Origin: Klebsormidium nitens
Lineage: Eukaryota > Plantae > Klebsormidiophyceae
DNA length: 64,000 nucleotides
Assembly: GCA_000708835.1 (NCBI GenBank)
Contig: DF236960.1
Location: 276,982 to 340,981 of the forward strand
Direction: 5' to 3'
The notes beneath the pieces were generated by a model. That model searched no databases. It saw only the letters and a program-made list of their open reading frames with translations, and was not told where the DNA came from. Shown one piece after another: positions 11,701 to 21,758 of the stretch. A program made the position numbers and the translations under genes. Each line of letters opens with the position of its first letter. The stretch's first letter is position 1.

Positions 11701-14700
11701 AAGTTACTCGAGTCAGATCGGGTTTGGGTCCTCGGGTCAGTAACTATCGAAGCTGAGCAGAAACCATTTCGTCCTCGGGGGAAGGCCCCGAGTGCAGTTC
11801 GGAACCGGAGCCGTCATGACGCAGTTGTACGATGCATCCAGTTGCTGCAGTGGGAGCAGACGTGCTGGCCTCCTTGCTTCTGAAGAGTGTGCAGAAAAGA
11901 TACTTGAGTCAGAGCAGGTTTGGACATATGGCGGGCAGTATCGACCGTAAGGCGGAACCGGATCGTCCTCGGGGGAAAGTCCCAAATGGCTGTCGGGAAC
12001 TGGAGCTGTTATGACGCAATGGCACGAGCCGTCCGATTGCTGCGCGCTGTCGTACTGGCTTCCTTGCTTCTAAAGCGAGCGCAACACGGATGGTTTGTGA
12101 AGAATTATCGGGATACAGATCTCGTAAGTTCAGGGCGAAGAAGAGAGCGTTGTTCTCACCCCCGGAGAAAAGCGAAAACAGGAAAGAATGTTGAACTGAA
12201 GAAACTGCACCAGAACAAATTCGAGTAGTTCGTTCACTCATACACGTGCGTCCGAACACCAAAGGCTTGAAATGATTCGAAGACCAGTCGAAATCCTCTG
12301 AGGGAAAACAAAAGTATCTGAACAGATTTACCTGAGAAGAGCAACCTGTTTCAAAACAGAACGTTGCCGAAAAGGCTTTACGAAGTCGAAATATTACCTG
12401 GTCGTCCCACAGCTCCAGCCGCTCGGTGAGCGCCGTGTTAACTAGGATGGAGACGTCCATGAACGGAATCCCATTGGTGACAACGGCGCGGCGGCTGTCC
12501 CCGTGTTCAATGTGCTTGATGTACGCGAATTTGAGGTCGCGCCGTTCCGCCAACTGATGAACAGAGACACTGTCAATCTGCTAGCAGTTCTTGGACGACA
12601 AGTGTCAAGCTGCTAGCAGTTGATTCTTGGGCGTCCCTACGAAACTGGGGCGATGAATCATCCCAATCGCTCTTCCGAAGTGCAAGTCCTATAGCGCCTC
12701 ACCCGGCTCAGTCGCATGTGCAGGTTATCGTCGTCGTGCCCGTAACCCACGATCCTTTCGTCAAACCCGTTCGCGCGCGCCCAGATCGCGCGGTCGACGA
12801 AGTACACTCCGTTAAGGTGCCGCTCGTTTTCTGACCGCGCCGACTTCCAGTTCCCGGCGTAAAAGACGCCGTCAATGCGGGGATGGTTGGCAACGAAGTC
12901 GGGAAGAATGATGTTGTCCGAGTCTAGTTTCATAATCCTCGAGCCGCGGCTGTGGCGAACTGCGAGGTTGTACGCGCGCGTCAGGTCGAACTTGCCGGTG
13001 CCTGCCACCTGGACGGTAAAGGAAGCGCCACGTGTCTTTCATGATTGGATTTTGATGAAACTTTTGGAACTTGGTACGTGGGCGCCAGTGAACTTGGAGC
13101 ACACTCTGAATGCATTTTGGAAACTACGCACTCGACTATGGAAGAATAGGAGATAGACACAAAAAAAATACTGAGTTGTTTGGCAATGGTCATTGCCTTC
13201 CAAATCTATGGCTTATGAAGAGGTGACGTCTAAAGTCGGGTTTGAATCCCCGTAAAGACGAGGATTAAGGCTTCTCGTGAAACACATCTTGATTATCAGA
13301 GTTGCTCACCGGCTCCTTGCTCTAAGAATCATTGCAATTACGAAGCCGCCGACCCTTATGAATTCGATGAACCTTCACAGCTCGAAGAATACGCCACGAA
13401 AGCAAGTGAGAGACGCACTCTATCCTTCAACGCTGATATGCAGCTATTGGTAAGTCTGGGTCCGGTGCTCCACATGTGCTAGAAGCCGGTTGACGGATCG
13501 ATGCTCCTCATGTGACTGATCTGAAAGCAAATCGCACATACCTTGACATACTTGAGCCGTGGGTCCGTAAAGTTCGCCACCGCGTCAGTGATCTGAGTAT
13601 CGTTCCCGGGCATGTAGTCCACAACGATGACCTCGTCCACGCCCTTCGCAGCCAGCCACGTGGGCAGCGCTTGCATCAGCAGGTCAACCCGTGAAGGCGT
13701 CAGGGCCGTGCATACGGAGACGCCCTCAAACGGGGGGAGCGCGTATAAAGATGCCGGGTTGCACGTGAGTGGGGCGAGGCTCGGGTATTGAAAGTCGATG
13801 GACGCGCGCAGGATGCGTTTGTTGTGCGCGAGCGCTGCGACCTCGGTGAAGGAGCTCCAGTGGCTGCCCAGGATGTCGGGGTGGCTGGAAGGAGGAGCGG
13901 AAAGCGAAGTCAGGAGCGGAACGAGCGTAACAAGCAGGACAAGACGTGCTGAAAGTCGATGGAAGCGCGCAATGCGAGCGCCGCGACTTAAAAGAAGGGA
14001 CTCCAGTGGCTGCCCAGGATGTCGGGGGTGGCTGGAAGAAGGAGCGGAAAGCGAAATCAGGAGCGGAACGAGCGGAACGAGCTGATAAAACGATGAAAGG
14101 AAACGGACGAGATCTGGACGGAGTATAAGAAGACCTGAGGGGTATCTAGGATGACGGGGTAGCTGGAGGAAGGAGCGGAAAGGAGAGCGGGCGGCAGGGA
14201 AAGGAATGAGCGGAACGAACTTGAAGGGATAGAGAGAAAAAACCCTGACGGTTTTTGAAACGGGTGATGGGGATAATTTGGGATGTCGAGGTAGCTGGAG
14301 GAAGGAGCGGAAGGGTGAGGAGCGGATGAGCGGAATGAGCAGACCGGCACCGAGAAGGGATTGGAACACATCCTGAAGGTCGCCGGAAGGAGACGGAAGG
14401 AGTCTCACTCAACGGGCTCGATCGGAAAGAGTTCGAGAAGCAAACCAACCTGGAAGACTTTAGAATAATGCGTAAGCTGAGATTGTACTCTGGCCTTTCT
14501 GAGAAGACAAAGCGTGACAAAAGGAAAGAAGCAAGACCAGCGTCGCTGAAATGAAGCCACGCGGGAGTCGCGGCCGCGGCACGCGCACCTGCTGTGCGCG
14601 AGCATGAGGAGGTCCGCCAGCGCCTGGCGGAGGCAGTACGCCCCCCGCTCTAGATGGGTGCACCGGGGATCCCTTGGGATAGTGATGACGTGGCTCCCAA

Positions 14701-17700
14701 ACTCGCTCACCAAATCGTCTGTAACCTGCGCATGGGTTCGAAATTTGAAAGAATTGCCTATCGATAATAGCACTCGACGGCTTTTATGCATCAATTCTTG
14801 CTCACGACTCCTGTCGCGGGCCCTTCAGGTGATTGCATAGCCAGCTCCGGATGTGGGATTCATTGCTTGAGCCAAGCGCAAACTTTGAAGCTTCTCGAAT
14901 TTCCAAGCGGCCTCTTCTTGTCTTCCGCTTTTACATCACGCCTATAAAGGTCTGTCAGACCTTCAATGGGGATCCTTCTCTCAGTAAACCCACCAGAGCG
15001 CGGGTCGTGCCGTGAGTTCACTCGTAATCAGATTATGCAAAGGACCGTTACCAGACCCGTCAAGTCAGATACCCATTCCTTTCCGCGTCCGGGTTTTCGC
15101 CAATCTTACCTGCGCGGTGTCTGTTGCGACGAAGATTGATAGGCCCTCATTCTGCGCGAGCAGCGCGCGTAACGCGTGCACGAAGTGCGCGGTCGCGGCC
15201 ATGCGCGTGCGCGCGAGCTTCAGCTGCGCGCGGTCCCCGGCGGCATAGGTTGAGAGGTCTTCCGGCGTATCCGAGAATTCTGCATCATGACAAATGACTG
15301 TGATGAAGAGATTCCAAATCCTGCTTTGAAAGGAAAGGTCTCGCTGCTAACCGAAAGCTTAGTGCGCAGAGCAAGTTCTTTTCATATGCGCAGAGCAGGT
15401 TCTTTTCACATGCTTTTTCTCCATCCTCTGAGCTTCTGACGGACCAAAGACAATTTAGATTCTCCAAGGGCCTCCAGTGTAAAGTTCAAGTATTGCAATC
15501 CGAAGTCAGAAGCCCACCCGTTAGAATAGTTTCCCGAAAATATCAAAAGAGCAACTCAATTTGGAAACATCTCGTCTTTCAACTGCTAAGATTATGACCA
15601 CCGTTTCCTCCCCGCTACATTGGCTCTTGCTGAAGAAGGGATTGCACGCCAGAGAAATGCACACAAGAGCGATCAGAATAAACCAGAAGGCGAGAAGACT
15701 TACTCTTTTCAAAGCCGACGGACCCTTGCCTGATGTGAACGCCCACGTACGCAGTACACGGCCACCAGTCGCGTGACACGTGGCAGCCAGGGGCGTGAAA
15801 TTGACGAAGCGTGTGCTTGACGCTAGACACGGGCTCGAGTTCCTGGAAATGCTTCGCAAGCGCCGCTGGCTGCAGGAGACAAGCATAGCCGCTTCTTGTG
15901 CATGAGAAGATTATGTCGCGGGAAGTCTTCAAGTGCTTATTGAAGTTGTTCTAGCGGCCCTCTCTAGTCCGTTATTGACGATGTATTCTGATGGTTCCGA
16001 GATTCTTCGGTGAGGAATTCTGAGGCGTTTTGACAGCGCCACGGCTAGATGGCGTCGGAGCAGAACTCGTAACGTTTTTGTATGCACGGCAAGTGCCTGT
16101 CTCTACCAGATGTGAAGATCAGTGCGTCGCTAGACTGGACGCGATCATCGGGAAGCGTGCAACGGGGTTGTCGCGAAAGAATGACGTTTGCCTCTTACAA
16201 GCCTGGATCCCAACTAGCGCCCGCTTCCAAACTTTGAAAAAACCTCGACTCCCTTGGAAAGCTCAAGAGTTGAAATACAAAGTTCCGAGAGTCCGCCCAC
16301 TTTGAGAGTTCTAGGGGCGCTCTTCCAAATGATAACAGAGCACAGAGCATTTGAGATTAGAGTAAGTTTAATGGGCCCTTGACAAGAAAGCGCGGAATCA
16401 GATAAGTCTCGATTTAGGCTGACCTCGGTGTATGTTGAGTTAAACAAAGTCCCCGGGCTCAAACAAACTAAAAACCTAAACTCGAAATTACATGCTCGGC
16501 ACCGTACCCACCCTAAACCCCCAAACCAACCCCACACATCCCCTGGGCATGACCTAACTCAACATAGCCGTAACTCGACAAAAAACGAGACTGATTGTAA
16601 CACGTTCTCACGTCTTGGCCACTGGCCGACACGTTGAGCAGGTACGCCGAGCGGACGTATATGTTGCGCGGGCCGTCGTCGATGAACTGGTACTTTGCGG
16701 CGGGATCCATGTAGTCGTACGTCGCGAAATTTGAGCCCGCCACTTCAGCTTCTAGAAACTCATCCCACACGTCTTCCGCGTTTAGAAAGAGGTCCCCGAA
16801 GCGCGCGCGGCAGTGCACGTCGGGGGTCCAGATCACGCGCAGGTGACGGCCTGCGAAGGGCAAAAAGCGGGTATCCGCGTGTCAGAGAAACACAGTCTGC
16901 TCGAACCGAGCCCGTGAAGGACCAGGATGAATAAGTGCACGTTTTCTGGCCCCTTCTACCCTCTTGAGAAAAGGCTCTACTACGTTTTCTGCTCATTCAA
17001 ATGCCGTTCTGAACGAAAACATGTGCAGGGATGTGGATCCTTGAATTCCTTTCGCTTGGACAGAGCGGTTGACACTGCGAAACGCAACCACGACACGACT
17101 CACGCCGGACTCTTGTGCCCCGTTCAGGGGCTTTGATGAAATTTCTCTATATTATTTTGGAAGTATATGATCGAACTGCGGCAAAACCAGCACAAGAGCC
17201 CATCTAACCTGTCGCGTTGGCAAACGCTTTCGCGCTGAGGTAAGCCCTGATCCGGTTGCTGAGCCCGTGTTGCACGTGTATCAGCAAAACCTTGGAGCGT
17301 CCTTTTTCCCTCGCTTCCGCGTACGACCGCTGCAAGGACGAAAGAGGATCTAGACCTTACACTTTGCACCTTTTACATTGACAACGGACGTTCATTACGG
17401 GAATAGCCTCCTGCCGTTTTAAAAGGCTCGAAATCAAGATATAATCGAACGTTTGCTTTGCAGGAAGGAGTGCGAATTGACGGAGCTTAAAGCACGATCA
17501 AAGTCGGATTCTGTGCTCATTATTAGAGAGGTCGAAGGCGATGGCAGGACATGGCAGAACTAGACATGGGCAAAGATCAGTCGCGCTCTGAACCCACCAG
17601 CATTTTCTGCACATAAGGCGGGGGAAAGGCGGCTACCGCCGACTCTGTAAACCCATACTCCGCAAGAACCGTGCTTCCGGCCGTCCGGAGGTCGAGCGGA

Positions 17701-17909
17701 AGCCGCGACGACCGGAACCGGAGGCCGTTGAGGCCAAGCGGAGCCCCCTCAGGTGCAAAATCATTGCGCTGCTCCAACACCAAGTGCTCCATAGGCAAGA
17801 GAATGATGGAAAGGGCCCCCACGCAAACTAGAAGGGCGTGGATCAGCCGGAAAAGGTGGTTGACGGCAGGGGGCCAGCGCAAGGACTTGCGGCGGAAGAA
17901 GATGTCCAT
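5709..17909 (-). CDS. Large multi-module type II membrane glycosyltransferase (~1400 aa): fucosyltransferase-clan GT-B module + GT-A (GT2/GT7C-like) module + two degenerate FucT-like N-terminal repeats + GT77-like segment + C-terminal GT-A-like module
   Basis: Exons in transcription order: 17909-17598, 17329-17209, 16850-16612, 15869-15704, 15279-15110, 14725-14589, 13884-13542, 13008-12703, 12553-12398, 11486-11304, 10907-10637, 10049-9390 (needs a 1-nt correction at 9829-9834 or a weak 54-nt intron), 8946-8696, 7934-7706, 7270-6960, 6531-6364, 5898-5709. All other phases are consistent; 4212 nt after the 1-nt correction. Motifs: N-terminal TM LIHALLVCVGALSIILL; HGLSNRIRAY..RHLRVIW; VGVHIRQG; IFVATD; ALADLLML..ILGSHWSSF; VDEVIVVD; KLDSD (DxD); NGFDERIVGYGHDDDNL; LALSRHE; SSDAFVF; GSENVVIW; NPCRTLRVFHNH. 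Confidence 0.8.
8551..8630 (+). repeat. Dispersed G-rich repeat family, copy 1 (MITE/SINE-like relic, in glycosyltransferase intron)
   Basis: CCTGGGACGGGTGGGGTTAG..GGGTGGGAACGGGTACGGAGCG..TTGAGTTTAGGTTTT. Similar to the copies at 16451, 28899, 40071, 63278 and 63906. Confidence 0.7.
11487..12090 (-). repeat. Tandem array of three decayed copies (~190-197 bp unit) of the splice acceptor plus 5' part of glycosyltransferase exon 11486-11304
   Basis: The acceptor/exon start ..cag|AAGCAAGGA recurs at 11683, 11879 and 12069 (real start 11486). The copies at 11683 and 11879 share a 5-nt insertion that is absent from the real exon. Confidence 0.9.
13885..14400 (-). repeat. Tandem decayed copies (~131-147 bp unit) of the polypyrimidine tract, acceptor and exon start of glycosyltransferase exon 13884-13542
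   Basis: ..TCCGCTCC..CTTCC(TCC)AG|C(C/T)AC(C)CCG(A/T)CATCC recurs with exon-start positions 14031, 14162 and 14294 (real start 13884). Confidence 0.85.
16451..16547 (-). repeat. Dispersed G-rich repeat family, copy 2
   Basis: Minus strand reads CCCAGGGGATGTGTGGGGTTGGTTTGGGGGTTTAGGGTGGGTACGGTGCCGAGC..CGAGTTTAGGTTTTTAGTTTGTTTGAGCCCGGGG. Confidence 0.65.
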
Positions 17910-20900
17910 CTTTGGGATAGACCTGTGGGAAGGGGAGAAACTCAGACAATGACTGGCGCCAGTCTTTTGGTTCTTCAGAGAAAGGACGGTTTAGAGTCGG
18001 AGGGTTGAGCGTCGCCAGAAACCCAGCTCAGAATGAACGTGGCGGTAAGCCCAACATGATTGTATTCCTTTTACAATACCGTTTGCTGGATTGAAAAGAA
18101 GACATCAGATTCCATGTTCCTTGAATCGAGCTTTTCCTGCCTAGCCGGGGTCCGGCTGAGCTAAACAGAGGCATCCAACCAAAAGTGCTCGAATCTCGCC
18201 GCGAAAAGCACACTAGAAACATACTCCTTTTTTATTTCTAGCTCGCAATTTAGAAACTGCCGGAACAGGCTACAACTCTCATACAAGAGAAGAGCAGCTT
18301 TCTTCAATGATCATCAGAGTACGAGCTGATGACGAAGACCTGGGCCTCCAATGCAATATGGACAGTAAACTGAGCCCTATACCCGCGGTAAGTTGCGCAT
18401 AAGCTGCCATACCGTTCTCTTTCTTTTGAATGTGAAGGCCGCAGCTTGGATCACATGCAAAACGCTCAACCCCTAAAAATAGTCTCCACGCCGCGTTTTG
18501 TCCGTCAATCGACAAGAATGCCACCAGCTCCAGTGCCCACCAAAATATTTCGACGTTTGCCAAATGAAAAGGTAGGCTTCAGCTGCCCAATCTAAGCAAT
18601 CAGTTTAGGCAGAGGAGGTCGTCTGCAAAGCATTGGGAGCGAACGGCTGTAAGCTCCAGTCCATTTCAACGAGACCACCGCCGTGCCGCAGGTGCCAGCA
18701 CGTTGCTCACCTCGTTGGAAGGGGCCTCAGTGTTTAGGGCAGATGACACGGCGGATGTATTTCATGCTTAGAGGTTGGATTCAATGACTCAGCCTTTTCA
18801 GCAAGTTTAGAGGCACTGTGTCGTATGCTGCCTGTATGTCATTAGTTTCTTAGCTGTGCCAGTCTGGCTGTACTGGGAAACTCTGTCGCACAGGAGGATC
18901 AAGCTGCGCACTCAGTCTAGTGTAGGACATCTATATCTCAGAGCGACAGCCAAAGTGGTCGTTTTGGAAAAACGGTGCGACGTGGAGGAGGTTTGTCACT
19001 CCACCAGCCAGTATTGAAGCATCCGCTTTGTGATGACACGTGGAGCTAGCTTGCCCCTTTCACTCATAGTGAAGAAGAAATAAGCTATGGGGTATGCAGG
19101 TAGAGTCCACAGCGCTGCTTGGAGGACTCTGAAGTCTCTCTGCTGGTGCTGTATGGAAGAAGACGTACTTTTAAGGTGGTCTGCGACTCGGTTCTAATCC
19201 AGGGATTCCTTGAGTAATGGCTCGAGCAGGGATATTCAGAACAAATGCTCTGGTAGTGAAGTATTTTCTGCACGCTTCAGAAACGGCAAAAGACGCAGAG
19301 CGTACCACCAGAAGGAGGCGTACAATTACCCCAATCAGCTGTCAGAGGGTAGCCACGTGGTAGCCACTCGTGTATAACTTGAAACGTAGGACTGTGTTAC
19401 CTTTAACGACGAGGTACGGTTTCCGGATTCCGATCCTATAGACTTGTAAATGCACCGGTGTGAAAAGGGGGAGGTGAAGTAAACCAAAGTCCCTCTCAGT
19501 ATTCGCTCTTTAATACCAGCAGGGGCTAACAGAGGCGTTGGGCATCAATTGGGCGCTGATCCGCGAGCAAAGTACTGTGTAGACGTGTGAAAATCCCTCT
19601 GGAAGCCAAAGGAATGCGAGCGTCATGTTGCATGGTATTATTTCAGGCTACGACTGCTGTCTCTGCATGTACTGCTTTAAACGGTTCTCCGCATCCAGTT
19701 ACCAGTACCGTATGTGCGTCCTGCCTGCCATCAGTACTACCGTACCTAGAACGTACCTTGTGCAACATAGGAAGGAAGTTGTGACTAGATTATTGCCCAA
19801 GGGTGCAAGGGGGGAGGGGCCTTGACCTGTTTAAATCCGGGGGGGTGACTTATTGATCCATTTGGGCTCTGAGGAGCTAGCTAGACTAATCGAGAAGGGG
19901 GGATATTAACGTTGTGATTTCAAGACATGCATGCAAAATAAGTTCGTATCAATTATGGGAGTATAATGATATTCAAGACATATCGACATTTCGTATCTGC
20001 TGTAATTAGCCAGATCATCATTATTCACACTGCAAGCTATGCATGCAATGATGCCGGAGCCCGCGGAAGAGATTGTCATCATGATTAGATATCCGGCCAA
20101 GATCCTGCACTCAAGTTGCAGCGAAAGCTGGCGCTAAAGTAGTACTCCAGTCTCCAACTGGTGCAAATTGCCCCGATGAGAAACCGTGTTACAAACGGTC
20201 ACACCTTACACGGCAGGCATGGGGGCGCACACGCCCGCGGCCTGCCGCCTTTCTGCGGACTTGAGCTTGCGCCTTATCATAAGATGTGGACAGCCCACGT
20301 CCGCTCCGGTTGTATTCCGCGGACGTGGGCCTCTGTGATCGAAGTACCTACGCGTACGTCCCTCTGTGAGCTACAAAGCTCTGAAGTCACCGGTTGATCT
20401 TGGCCGCATCTCGATCCAGTAATTCCCTCTGTAACTTGCTCAAGGAGGCTTAATGGAAATTATATGTGCGGCCTCCGGAGTCTGTACTTGCTGAAAGCGT
20501 ACTCGTAGCCTCGTAGGTAAGTGGCAGAGCATACGCTATGAGGAGGGACCGGCGGATGCCATCCCCAGGTACGCCCCGCGGCTGCATATTGCAGTCCAAT
20601 GATTCTGCGGAATCCGTCGGAGAGGATGACGGCGATATTTGCGGCCAATACTGGCAGCTTCCTGCATGAGTCAGCACCTTTTCATGCAAGTCACGGGTCT
20701 ACCGGCTTGCAGTTAAAGCATGCTATGCGGGTTGTACTTGTACGTCATCAGCACTAGAACTTAGCATGCCGCGCAGCTACGTACGTCTGCGTTCGTACGC
20801 GTACGGTGACTCTAGGTACCAGTAATTTAGGCAAAGTGTCGGAATGATCAACAGGCGTCACTGCATGTCGTTCAGAGAGTACTGCGGCTAGCTAGGGCCA

Positions 20901-21758
20901 GTGCGTTGCATTGACCGTGCGTGTTGACTTGCATGTTTCAAATGACCAGTGCTAATGTCATGATGTACGGCATCCGCAGTCAGCTTTCGTAAACAGACTT
21001 CAACTCGCAAATTGTGCTGAATTTTGAGCAGGATCCGGGCAGGGTGACAGCCTGTCTAATTTCAATGCGCTTCTGAGGCTTTTTAAGTTGGCGCACGAGA
21101 ACAAGTACGTACTGTATACATGAGCTGGCCCTCTGTTTTGAGCGCCCATCCACTACTAAATGCAGCGGACTCGATGCATAAGCGAAGCTGGAGATATTGC
21201 AACGTCGTCGTCGAAAGTTGCGGATGCCCTGCATGTTTTACAGTGAAAGCACAGAATGTACGTTTTGGAAGTGCAGTGAAGACATCTGGCAGCGATTACG
21301 AACTTGAGCGAAGGTCGAAGATAGCCCTGCAATACCACCACGGTGACGTCACATAGCGTATACTTGGCGGAAAGCTTCAGGGTCTCCTTCAAGGCCGTTT
21401 TCTGACCCCCGGATTTGCCCCGCAATTAAAAATACCCTGCGAAGGTTTCCTTTACAGGTCCAGCTTCAATACTCAAATACGCCCCAGCGGTATCAGTACC
21501 AGGACGTTGCAGATCTCGGCCCCTAGTTGATTCCACTCTCTCCTGCGGCCCTTGCAGTCACTTGTACTTATACTGTACATCTGCTGTCATCCCTTAGCGC
21601 TGCTCATATCAGCAGCCCGCTCTACTCAAAGCCCTCCCCTGACTTCAAAGCTCCCCGAAAGTTAGTCCGCTGCCCAAGTTTTGCTGAAGGCGCACCCCGC
21701 AACAATCTCAACAACACGTCCACGCAGGCACGTGGCCCTGCGCGCGCGCGCTGCCGCC

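Noticed and set aside
13205-13255. Possible Pol III A/B-box pair (TGGCTTATGAAG..GGTTTGAATCC), SINE-like
   Set aside because: Both boxes deviate from consensus, and there is no tail, TSD or second copy in the window.
13479-14408. 309-aa Pro/Ser/Leu-rich ORF
   Set aside because: The 5' 60% is tandem polypyrimidine/acceptor echo sequence. Only 13884-13542 is a supported exon.
18279-18563. 94-aa minus-strand ORF upstream of the glycosyltransferase
   Set aside because: No homology recognised and no phase-consistent splice link to the gene.
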